Shown here: piece after piece, positions 1 through 9,400 of the stretch
How the letters are laid out: the number at the start of each line of letters is the position of its first letter
How positions within the stretch are numbered: the first letter of the stretch is position 1
Source: Trypanosoma brucei
Taxonomy: Eukaryota
Reading direction: 5' to 3'
DNA: 64,000 bases
Assembly (NCBI GenBank): GCA_000002445.1
Contig: CH464491.1
Coordinates: 3,648,001-3,712,000, forward strand
Translations under genes and position numbers: made by a program
Notes under the pieces: generated by a model
The model's database searches: none
What the model was told of the DNA's origin: nothing
What the model saw: the letters and a program-made list of their open reading frames with translations, nothing else

Positions 1-500
1 GGGATCTGTAGAGAAGGATCCGTATGTCGGCCGGACGTCACTTAAGATGGGACGCGCCGTAGGTGCCGCCACGTCGCGGTTATGTGGAGACCAGAGCAAA
101 CGCAAGTCACGTAACGGAATTTGGGAGAAGTTTTATTCGTGGGAGAAACGTATAGAGTAAGTACTGACCGGTTGTTCTTTCAGGTCTTAAAGATGTATAA
201 CTGATGCATAGACACGGAGCGCGAGCGGGTGCTTGCGTACTTGCTGGCTTGTTTCCTGAAAAAAAAACACATTTTCACCGCTTTAGGGGGGATGTTTCTG
301 GTGTTTGTCCTCTTTTTTTTTTTGTAGAAAAGTCCCTTCCCATATATTTTTAAAAAAACCTACTTGTCACCCAGCGACCTTCTTCCTATTTCAGTGTTTT
401 GTTTACTTCAATTGTTGTTGTAGTTTTACTTTCCCATACTCTGTACAGTTTTCTTTGTTTTGAGCCCCACTCAATTCACTTGTTGCGATGCTGAGCTTTG

Positions 501-532
501 ATTTTTTTTTCTTCTTGCTCCTTCTTTCCTGT
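501..532 (+). promoter_or_regulatory. Polypyrimidine tract upstream of the first CDS; candidate trans-splicing/polyadenylation signal with AG dinucleotides downstream (~570) before the ATG at 605
   Basis: T/C run (ttttttttcttcttgctccttctttcctg) seen directly. Role as a spliced-leader acceptor signal is inferred from the general trypanosomatid rule (polyY followed by AG). Confidence 0.35.
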
Positions 533-604
533 TTATATTCTATTCGTGATACGTTACACCGCTTTGTGGAGGGGAGCCCGTGTCGGGTTGTGGGCCAGAA
601 GACG

Positions 605-1564
605 ATGTTAGGGTCCCTACCGAGTGTCGTTCTTGTTACCGGTGGAGCAGGCCTTGTTGGACGAGCTGTTGAGGTCGTGACGAAGCGAAACGCGTGCGCA
701 GATGAGCGTTGGGTTTTTCTCTCCCGACATGACGCCGACCTTCGCTCCATGGCGGCCACGAGGTGCGTTTTCGAAAGGCACAAGCCGACGCACGTTCTTC
801 ATTTGGCAGCGAGGGTGGGTGGGCTTTTCAAAAATATGGCTGCTCCTGTCGAAATGTGGATTGACAACGTCTCCATAAACAATAACGTGCTGGAGTGCTG
901 TCGCACGTATGGCGTGCGGAAGGCAGTTTCATGTTTGTCCACTTGCATATTCCCTGAAAGAGCAACATATCCAATAGGAGAAGAAACACTCCATGATGGC
1001 CCACCGCACTACTCAAATGAGCAGTACGCGTATGCCAAGCGTATGATTGATGTATTGAATCGTGCCTACAACAAAGAGTACGGCTGCCGCTTCACCTCAG
1101 TTATACCAACGAATGTTTATGGCCCCCACGACAACTACAATCTGCAGGATTCTCACGTTATCCCTGGGCTCATTCATAAGTTCTATTTGGCGAAACGAGA
1201 AAATAAACCTATGGTTATTATGGGTACTGGAAGGCCGCTGCGGCAATTTGTGTATAGCGAAGACTTGGCCGAGCTTATTGTCTGGGTGCTGCGTCACTAT
1301 GATGAGGTGGAGCCAATTATTCTGTCGGTGGATGAGTGTGATGAGTTATGTATTGCCGACGTTGCGAAACTCATTGCCCAGTCAATAGGGTTTACGGGCA
1401 ATATCGTCTTTGACCCAAGCAAGGCAGACGGTCAGTATCGCAAGACAGCAGACAATGCTAAGCTACGCCGCTATTTGCCAGATTATAGGTTCACCCCAGT
1501 GGCGGAAGGTATCCAACGTTCCGTCGAATGGTTTATCGCTAACTACGATGTCGCACGGAAGTGA
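605..1564 (+). CDS. GMER: GDP-L-fucose synthase (GDP-4-keto-6-deoxy-D-mannose 3,5-epimerase/4-reductase, extended SDR family)
   Basis: The ORF track starts at 488, but the first 39 codons are translated poly-T/low-complexity. The first plausible ATG is at 605, directly preceding the Rossmann motif VLVTGGAGLVGRAV. The catalytic YxxxK of SDRs is present (YAYAK). Overall length (~320 aa) and motif order fit GMER/FX proteins. Confidence 0.85.
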   Translation: MLGSLPSVVLVTGGAGLVGRAVEVVTKRNACADERWVFLSRHDADLRSMAATRCVFERHKPTHVLHLAARVGGLFKNMAAPVEMWIDNVSINNNVLECCRTYGVRKAVSCLSTCIFPERATYPIGEETLHDGPPHYSNEQYAYAKRMIDVLNRAYNKEYGCRFTSVIPTNVYGPHDNYNLQDSHVIPGLIHKFYLAKRENKPMVIMGTGRPLRQFVYSEDLAELIVWVLRHYDEVEPIILSVDECDELCIADVAKLIAQSIGFTGNIVFDPSKADGQYRKTADNAKLRRYLPDYRFTPVAEGIQRSVEWFIANYDVARK

Positions 1565-1870
1565 AGGCCGGTAGGGAGGACGTTTACAGCGCCTCACGAA
1601 ACGCTTATATAACATCGTACTTGCACACTTGCTTCAGTGCGTTGGTTGATACACACAAATCATTTATGCTGCCTCCCTTTCCTTATCGTCTTTTGGTGAG
1701 AAACAACCTACTTGTGTCTAAACTTTCCACGGTGCCTTTTAGTTCACCTCTGGTTCTTTGCATAATGGCATTATAACGCAGCATCTAACGCTTTGACTGA
1801 AAAGTAAGGGTTCCCACCTTTCACCTACCTTTCTGCCCCTCACGCTTTCACATGGGCGCGTACCATATAA

Positions 1871-2714
1871 AAATGAAGCACTTTTACCTCGGACATCGAG
1901 TCATAAAAAATTAAGGAAAAAAGGAATGGCCCCAAAGTCTGCTACAAAGTCTGCTGCCGCTACCAAGGCGTCTGCACCGAAAAATGATCCCAAGAAGAAC
2001 GCCCCGAAAGCTGCAGCACCCAAACCAGCAGCAACTGCGCCGAAGGCTGCTGCCGCAAAGGAGGCGAAGGCACGCCCCGCTGCCGGCACCCACAACGGTG
2101 TGTATGTGAAGAACTGGGGTCAGGGTTCCGTTACTGACGCCACAAGGATCTTCAGTGCTGCTGGCAAGGTTGTCAGTGCTCAGATCCGTCGGCGCCGCTA
2201 CGCCATTATCTTCTTCGAGAACGCCGCAGCCGTGAGGAAGGCGATTGATCTATTCAATGAAAAGGAGGTACTTGGCGCTAAAGTGACCGTAAGCCCTGCC
2301 AAAACCAGCCCGAAGCCTGACCCGCATGAGGGCTCTTCCGTTGTGTTCCTGTCGCCCATCTTCCGTACGTCGACAACGAATGGGCAAATTCGTGAACTCT
2401 TCACCGGTATGAGAGTTTTGCGCATTCGGACGTACCATCAGAACTATGCTTACGTGTACCTTGACTCGGCTGCTGCAGCGCAGAAGTTTGTGAAGGAGAA
2501 GAACGGCACCGAGTTCCGCGGCAAGAAGCTACGTGTGGCTCTTTCAACTCGCTCGCTTCAGAAGGAAAAGGACCGTGCGGAGCGCGCGAACCTCCTCTCG
2601 GATGCCCACAACTTCAAGAAGGATGCCAAGAAGGACATCAAGAGGGATGATAAGAAGGATCCAAAGAAGGATTCAAGGAGGAATGAAAAGAAGGATGCCA
2701 AGAGGAAGCAGTGA
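1871..2714 (+). repeat. Copy 1 of a dispersed/tandem duplicated unit (about 50 nt of 5' flank plus the whole CDS); near-identical to 3957-4842
   Basis: Direct comparison: cacttttacctcggacatcgagtcataaaaa... (1871) versus cactttcacctcggacatcgagtaataaaaa... (3957). From the shared KNDPKK codons to the stop, the coding sequences are identical apart from one substitution (cat/cgt at ~2447 versus ~4567). Similarity ends exactly at the stop codons. Confidence 0.9.
1926..2714 (+). CDS. NRBD1: Nucleolar 5S rRNA-binding RRM protein, p34-like (shorter paralogue)
   Basis: N-terminal Ala/Pro/Lys-rich histone-H1-like segment (APKSA...KAAAPKPAATAPKAAAAKEAK). Two RRM-like cores follow (VYVKNWGQGSV..., VVFLSPIFRTSTTNGQIRELF..AYVYL). 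The C-terminal tail has (KKDx) repeats. This three-part architecture and the presence of a twin copy 2 kb downstream differing by an 18-aa insert match the described T. brucei p34/p37 pair (from memory). Confidence 0.8.
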   Translation: MAPKSATKSAAATKASAPKNDPKKNAPKAAAPKPAATAPKAAAAKEAKARPAAGTHNGVYVKNWGQGSVTDATRIFSAAGKVVSAQIRRRRYAIIFFENAAAVRKAIDLFNEKEVLGAKVTVSPAKTSPKPDPHEGSSVVFLSPIFRTSTTNGQIRELFTGMRVLRIRTYHQNYAYVYLDSAAAAQKFVKEKNGTEFRGKKLRVALSTRSLQKEKDRAERANLLSDAHNFKKDAKKDIKRDDKKDPKKDSRRNEKKDAKRKQ

Positions 2715-3034
2715 GTTCGTCTTCATTTTTTATCGAATGCTCAGGGTAAAACGTTAATATTTGTTTTATTTATTTATTTTCCGTCGTAGCGTTTATCTGG
2801 TTTGTAGTACCTTCGTGACTATTATTCCCGTTTCTGAAGCAACGCAGTTTTGTAATGGGAGTTTCGATGAGCTAGCTGTTTGCGGTACACACTACACTTT
2901 TTTTCGTTTGCCTCAGTCTTGCGGCCAGAGTGCTGAACCGAGAAAGCTCAAGGAAGTTATTCTCGGTCGTGTGAATGTCACTTCCCTTGTCTTTAGGTTA
3001 GTTATTTTTACCCCTTTCCTCATCAAAAAGCCAT

Positions 3035-3793
3035 ATGCTGCTGAAAAAGTTGCCGGTTTTTGTCGGTACGGAGTTTTTGACCGACGCGCATCTGGCCATA
3101 ATGACTTCAGGAGGTGTTTCTATACCGCTAGAAATGGAAAGCAGGTGCAAAGAACTTCATCCTAACCATCGGGTACCGTACGTTCTTTCACGTCTGGCGG
3201 CTTCTTCTGCCCTATCGACTGTTCTGGGAAAACCTATTACCTTTTCCGGTAGTCGTCACGATGCAGAACAGTACGATGCAAATCTCTCCCTTTCTCACGA
3301 AGACTTTGTTGGGGCTGCAGTGGCTTGGCGGAAGGGAACGTCAAATGCCATTGGTATTGACGTGGTTGATGTGCAGCAGCTTGAACGCGTTGTAAAGCGC
3401 TTCCCGCAGTTTGCTGCGCGTTTCATGCCTCGCTGCGATCTCAGCGCTCTGAGTTCCGTTGATGCGTGTAATATTGAGCGAACTTTCCGTGGTCACGCCG
3501 ACCAGGTTACTGTTACGTTGTCTCAGCACTGGGGTTTGCGTGAATGTTGTGTCAAACTTGTTGGCGTTGAGGGCCGCACGTTTCCTTTTGAGTGTTTCCG
3601 TGGTCCTCGTGCTTATTTTCCCGACCGTTTCAAGGCACAAGTGGTGGAGGAAGGCTCTGATGCTTTGCGGGCTGCAGGCTTGAATTCCAGTCTATTTGTC
3701 TCAACTTGGCCCGAGCTTTTGAAACTACCCTCCGGGGATGTTAAACCATATATCGTAGTCGTGGCTGCGTGCCCCCGTAAGAGTGCCGTTTAA
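3035..3793 (+). CDS. 4'-phosphopantetheinyl transferase, Sfp-type (holo-ACP synthase-like)
   Basis: The GIDVVDV motif matches the PPTase G-x-D signature. The downstream WGLRECCVKL resembles the (W/F)(S/C)xKE(S/A)xxK motif of Sfp-type PPTases. Size (~250 aa) is appropriate. The gene lies between the two p34/p37 copies. Start codon choice (3035) is uncertain. Confidence 0.6.
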   Translation: MLLKKLPVFVGTEFLTDAHLAIMTSGGVSIPLEMESRCKELHPNHRVPYVLSRLAASSALSTVLGKPITFSGSRHDAEQYDANLSLSHEDFVGAAVAWRKGTSNAIGIDVVDVQQLERVVKRFPQFAARFMPRCDLSALSSVDACNIERTFRGHADQVTVTLSQHWGLRECCVKLVGVEGRTFPFECFRGPRAYFPDRFKAQVVEEGSDALRAAGLNSSLFVSTWPELLKLPSGDVKPYIVVVAACPRKSAV

Positions 3794-3956
3794 CAGGGAG
3801 TTGTTCCGCTTATATTTGCTTTGTGTTGCGACACCGAAGTGGTGATGTGGCCTGTAAATGGTACAAACATCAGTTTCATAACATTGTCTTTGAGGCGGTA
3901 CGACTTTTTAATTTTCGCCTTATTGTTGTTTCTTGATGCCCTTTAGCAAGTAAGCA

Positions 3957-4842
3957 AAACACTTTCACCTCGGACATCGAGTAATAAAAAGCAAAGGAAA
4001 GAATGGCCCCAAAGTCTGCTGCAAAGCCTGCGGCTTCCGGTAAAAACGCACCCGCTCCAAAATCAGCACCTGCTGCAAAGTCTGCTCCCCCCGCCAAGGC
4101 GTCTGCACCGAAAAATGATCCCAAGAAGAACGCCCCGAAAGCTGCAGCACCCAAACCAGCAGCAACTGCGCCGAAGGCTGCTGCCGCAAAGGAGGCGAAG
4201 GCACGCCCCGCTGCCGGCACCCACAACGGTGTGTATGTGAAGAACTGGGGTCAGGGTTCCGTTACTGACGCCACAAGGATCTTCAGTGCTGCTGGCAAGG
4301 TTGTCAGTGCTCAGATCCGTCGGCGCCGCTACGCCATTATCTTCTTCGAGAACGCCGCAGCCGTGAGGAAGGCGATTGATCTATTCAATGAAAAGGAGGT
4401 ACTTGGCGCTAAAGTGACCGTAAGCCCTGCCAAAACCAGCCCGAAGCCTGACCCGCATGAGGGCTCTTCCGTTGTGTTCCTGTCGCCCATCTTCCGTACG
4501 TCGACAACGAATGGGCAAATTCGTGAACTCTTCACCGGTATGAGAGTTTTGCGCATTCGGACGTACCGTCAGAACTATGCTTACGTGTACCTTGACTCGG
4601 CTGCTGCAGCGCAGAAGTTTGTGAAGGAGAAGAACGGCACCGAGTTCCGCGGCAAGAAGCTACGTGTGGCTCTTTCAACTCGCTCGCTTCAGAAGGAAAA
4701 GGACCGTGCGGAGCGCGCGAACCTCCTCTCGGATGCCCACAACTTCAAGAAGGATGCCAAGAAGGACATCAAGAGGGATGATAAGAAGGATCCAAAGAAG
4801 GATTCAAGGAGGAATGAAAAGAAGGATGCCAAGAGGAAGTAA
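3957..4842 (+). repeat. Copy 2 of the duplicated unit (5' flank plus CDS); contains a 54-nt insertion relative to copy 1
   Basis: See copy 1. The insertion is in the Ala/Pro/Lys-rich region (about 4021-4100). Confidence 0.9.
4003..4842 (+). CDS. NRBD2: Nucleolar 5S rRNA-binding RRM protein, p37-like (longer paralogue carrying the 18-aa N-terminal insert)
   Basis: 279 aa versus 262 aa for the upstream copy. Extra segment ...KPAASGKNAPAPKSAPAAKSAPPAKA... within the APK-rich N-terminus. The rest is identical apart from one His/Arg difference (RTYRQNY versus RTYHQNY). Confidence 0.8.
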   Translation: MAPKSAAKPAASGKNAPAPKSAPAAKSAPPAKASAPKNDPKKNAPKAAAPKPAATAPKAAAAKEAKARPAAGTHNGVYVKNWGQGSVTDATRIFSAAGKVVSAQIRRRRYAIIFFENAAAVRKAIDLFNEKEVLGAKVTVSPAKTSPKPDPHEGSSVVFLSPIFRTSTTNGQIRELFTGMRVLRIRTYRQNYAYVYLDSAAAAQKFVKEKNGTEFRGKKLRVALSTRSLQKEKDRAERANLLSDAHNFKKDAKKDIKRDDKKDPKKDSRRNEKKDAKRK

Positions 4843-5093
4843 AAAAGATATGCTTGCTTTTTCCTTTTTTCTTTTCTGTTCTTAAATATAAAAAAATATT
4901 TGTTAAGTTAATACTTTTTTACGTATTGAAAGCAGCGATGTTTTGTGTTCCCCGTTCATATAGGCTCCTGTGGATGCTGGTTATTTCGGGTTCCGGGACT
5001 TGTACTTCTGTTTTCTTTTTTGTCCTGTTTTCCTTTCTTCCTGCAATGACGCAAACAGCAAAGACAAGTGGTCTTCATCGAAGGTAACGAGTT

Positions 5094-5957
5094 GTGTCCG
5101 ATTGTGGCGTTATGGCAGGTTTCACCGAGACACCCAGTTGGCCTTCGCTGTCGTGTGAGCAATCCAGCGCGGCCGCTGTGTCGGTCTCGTACTCACCTTT
5201 TGTAGTAGAAATGTCGTACTATACCATTGCTATCCAGGCGTATAGCATGACAAGGTATGTTGTTGAGAATTTGAGGCTGGACTCGGCGGTGGTTGGAACT
5301 GCAATGACGTACTGGCACATATTTGTGTCTGTGCATGGTTTGAAGAAGGTTGATGAGATTGTTCTTAGTGCTGCGTGTACTTTTTTGGCGAGCAAGGTAG
5401 AGCACCACAAGGTGCGGCTGAGCGATATCGTTGCCCTTGTTTTCGAGGTAGACCCTGTCGGAGGTGTGATGGAGTCTTGGCGTGATGTGGTTGGTCAAGC
5501 AGAGTTGCTCCTGTGCTACACGCTGAAGTTTAATTTTCAGGTCATACATCCTGTCAATCGTATTAACGAGTTAGTTTTTGATGGTAACAAAGCTGTTTTG
5601 GAGTGTGCACAACGCCTTTTTCTTCTGTCGTTTGTAACCCCTTTGTGCACGAGAGCTTCGGCCGAGGAAATTGTAGAGGCCCTCGTGTATTTGGCGGCAG
5701 ATGGGGCAGAACGCCTGGAGGTTTATGCGAATGGCTTTAACATCACTTCGTCTGAGCGGCGTGATGGCATTATCAGTGTTATGCTTGACGCCCTTGTTGC
5801 CATGCGTAAGACCACCAAGTTACCCAAAATAGATAATGTGATCTCTGCGCGACGTAAAAGACTTCGTGAACAGGAGTCCACTAGGCCGTCGGTTGCCTGC
5901 TCTAGTGTTGGAACGGCAAGTACGGATAATACACCTTGTGCACCATCGGTGGAGTGA
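5094..5957 (+). CDS. Cyclin-domain protein (transcription-type, cyclin C/K/L-like)
   Basis: Cyclin-box-like segment MTYWHIFVSVHGLKKVDEIVLSAACTFLASKVEHHKVRLSDIV, with the conserved A-x-x-LA-(S/A)-K-x-EE pattern. True start may be an internal Met (for example MSYYTIAIQ...). The N-terminal 40 aa of the ORF are of doubtful coding character. Confidence 0.7.
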   Translation: MSDCGVMAGFTETPSWPSLSCEQSSAAAVSVSYSPFVVEMSYYTIAIQAYSMTRYVVENLRLDSAVVGTAMTYWHIFVSVHGLKKVDEIVLSAACTFLASKVEHHKVRLSDIVALVFEVDPVGGVMESWRDVVGQAELLLCYTLKFNFQVIHPVNRINELVFDGNKAVLECAQRLFLLSFVTPLCTRASAEEIVEALVYLAADGAERLEVYANGFNITSSERRDGIISVMLDALVAMRKTTKLPKIDNVISARRKRLREQESTRPSVACSSVGTASTDNTPCAPSVE

Positions 5958-6417
5958 TGTCTCGTCGACTGATTTGTTTTATGTGTAGATCTTTTAGTCA
6001 CTTTACGGTCGCTTTTCTACTTGTTTCTTATTGAGTTTCACGTGTTTCACGTTGTTCGGAGCTATTCAGTTAGGCAGTGACGCTCTCTGTGTTCTTTTCG
6101 TATCCGACACTGCAGAGTGACCACGTGCCCGCAATCCACGTATGTTCTCCAAGTGCTTTCGCCTACGAGTGGTCATGAAGCAAGAAGAAAAGTAGGGTTA
6201 GGGGAGAAGAGTAGGGGATTTTTTTTAAAAATGTTTCTACCGAGCGTTGTTTTTCCCTCCCGTATCTCCTCCCGCTGGTAATGCTCTGAAGTTCCAACGT
6301 GCACATGCACATGTTGACTTCCTCGTCACTTTGTTTGTCCTTTACTTCCTTTCCGCATTATTGCCTCCCTTTGCTTTACTTTGCTTCGGTTGTGAGCATT
6401 CAATTTGCTAGGGTGCT

Positions 6418-9400
6418 ATGCGTTTTCCTAGCGGCTCCTTAGCTGCATACCCATTGGAGACATACATGGTTGTACCCGGTGAGAGGGCGTTAGAAGTATC
6501 AGTCTGTCCCACTGGAAGTTATGCTGCTTTACTGTCTGGAGGGCATCTACATTTTTTAACGTGCAACACCGATGTCGTAGTTATCGGCTCCGTGTCGATT
6601 TGTAATGCGATGGGCGATAAGGACTATGCAACTCACTTCTTATGGCACCCTTTGGGTGAGCAGCTAGTTGTTTCAACTTACCATGGTCGGCTGCTTTATT
6701 TTAACGTGGCTATTGATGTTCACCGTGAGAGGTGCCTGACTCAGGTGTATCGTGTCAACTCTCTTCCCATTGGATGCGCGGCGTCGTGTGTGCCCCTTAC
6801 AAATGAAGTGCATTTGGAGGGTGACGCTGTGGTTTCTTTAGTTTCTGCTGGACATCACTGCTTCTTCGCGTGTACCGCAACTGGCCTTGTTCGCGTGCTC
6901 GGGTGGTTCAAGAAGAACTTACTACATACCTATGATGCTAACTTTCTTAGCGGTGGGTTACATACATTTTCCGGCTTGGATGCTGCCTGTAGAGAACATA
7001 CGAGCAAGGACTTGTGTGCTGGCGGCACGCCAATCACATCTATCGCCATACTTGATATTTGTTATTCCTGCCAACTAGAGTTGACGGGGTTGTTGTTGTC
7101 TAGTGGACAATTTCTGCTTGCGAATTCTTCTGCGGGTGATGACTTTTCGTGCGACAACGTGGTTTTCAATGGCGTGTGTGTTGCGTCAGCGGGCACTAGC
7201 CGCGTGTGCATAAACCCGAGGCATCCGTTGGCAGTACTGGCTACGCCCACGGGTGAGCTCGAATGCAAACGAATAAGTGACGATCTTTCATTGACGGTGT
7301 TTTGGATTGATGTGAAGTGTGTTACAAGCGATGAATACCGAGGTTCCATTCGTTGTATGGTGTGGACAGACGATGGTGAAATGCTGTGCGTTGGCTACAA
7401 CCAGTCTGGCATTATGGTTCTACACTATAGTGGCATCTGTGTTTACTCTTCTCATGTTGCTGAGTACCCGCGACAGCACGGTTTGCGTCCTGCGATTGGT
7501 ATAGAGGGTTGCGCTTCCCTCTCATGGTGTGGAAACCAGCTGCTTATAGTGGATCCACGTGGATTGGCCTTGACGGTACTTGGTTTCAGCAAGGTTGTTT
7601 CATCTCCCTGTGCTGAAGCGACGGCCATGTTCACTCCCGCCTGCACCCTTGACGGCTCTAAATTGCGCTTTATAGAACAACAACATACGGATGGATCGTT
7701 GGCTTTTAGTGACACGGTACTTTTGAATCCGCGGTATGCGGTGGAGAATAACCCCATAACATACGGTGCCATAAGCAGCGACGGCAGCGTTGTAGCCTTG
7801 GCGGGAAGGAATGGTTTTCTACTATTTGACCGGTTAGCGCGGCGGTGGCGAACTATGCGCGATAGAAAAGAAGAACGTGAGTTTACTTGCGTGGCTCAAC
7901 CCGTATGGGTGAAGGATCTGATGGTGGTTTTTCCCGTCCGATTGGAAAGAACGCACGAGTATGAACTGCGCGTATACAACAGGGTTTTATCCAAGGGTGC
8001 TATGCTGGTGCGTATGCCTCTTCAGAATAAACCGTTGCGTCTCAGCGAGTGCCACGATGAGGACGGTGATGTTTTCGTGCATTTATTTGACGACTCAGGC
8101 ACTCTCCTCGTGTGGAGGTGCGTATTGTCATCCACGTATCCACATGCAAAGCACAACCTTGAGGTTTCGCTCAAGTTGGTAAAGCGTGTACCGTTGCCCC
8201 GAATGTTTCGTAACCCAGTTAACATGATGGCGATTCATCCAGCGAGGTTAAGCGCGTACAGGACGACATCTTCCCCATGTAAATTTCGGGGTAATCGTGA
8301 CGAGGCGCTTCTGCCCTATGTATTGTTTGTTGTGAGTGGCTCGAATGCCTTGATCGCTCTCGACCTCAACGCGGTAATGAACAGGGTGAGTGTGCGAGTG
8401 GCATCCGAGCCACTGGTCCCACTCACAACAATTTTTCCATCTGGGCTGTTTCACTTATGGGTCGACTACACGGCGCCTTTGGATGGCGCTGTTCTTCTTG
8501 CAGTGAGTGATCGGGGTGTGAGTATCTTGCACCTGTCGTTAGACACCAGTGGTGGTGTTACCTCTTCGCTGTGTGTAAACGAGTACCGTGTGGGCGATAG
8601 CACCGATCCAATTTTAGCTCCTGTAGGGCTCTCAGCGTACGATGGGTGTCTTCTCACTGCGTTTGCAGATGTGGATGCTTCCCAGCAAACTCTTAGCTCT
8701 GTGTCTCATTTTTCGGTGCGAACAGTTGTTGTGCCCTCTATGTACAACTACCGTGTCCTGGGGGAAGTGATTGCTCTTCGGTCAAAGATATCAAGTTCCA
8801 TTACGAAGGGACCAATCGGAGGGGCATCTGTTCAATCCGTTTCTTTCCCATGGGATGAGCGGGTGTTGTGTTGGATAGAAGGAATGCGGCGCAACTCCAC
8901 ACTTGTCTGCAACGCAGACTATTTGTTATGCACTTTGATTGACAGGGAGACATCAAGTTTAAGTGATTCCGAGGACCCGTGCTCTATGCTGCGGCTCACC
9001 CTATCACTCTTACAGCGCTACCCGGAATACCATCGGATTGTTGTCAACTGTTTGCGCAAACTAGAGCTTCCTTGTTGTCCCGTTGTCGTGGACAATATCG
9101 GCTCTACCAAGAAGTTGTTCGTGAGCTGTCTTGAGGAGAGTCGACTTGAGGAAGCTGCGCATCTGTTGCACCTTATTATGGTTGATGATGGAGAGGGTGG
9201 TAAGAACGGCTCGTTAGACACCCTACGGCAAACTTTGGTTTGCGCGACGCGCATCTTAATGCTTGCTGTGTCCTGCAAGAAGGTTCAGTTAATTTATACC
9301 TTGTTGCCGTTCATGGCTTTGATTTTCAAAGAGTTACTAGTGTCGGACGATGAAGAGCGTCTGCGCGCGTTGTTTTCTGATGCGAAGGGTCAATGCGCTC

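Noticed and set aside
1-487. Possible gene fragment at the 5' edge of the window
   Set aside because: The only ORFs there (403-783 and 617-802, minus strand) are low-complexity and overlap the GMER leader. The sequence more likely represents the upstream intergenic/5'UTR region.
1901-2095. Minus-strand ORFs antisense to the p34/p37 genes (1901-2095, 1911-2093, 3876-4226, 3965-4204) encoding Ala/Gly/Phe-rich peptides
   Set aside because: They are the reverse complement of the GC-rich Ala/Pro/Lys codon repeats of the + strand genes. They are duplicated only because the sense gene is duplicated, and they have low-complexity composition.
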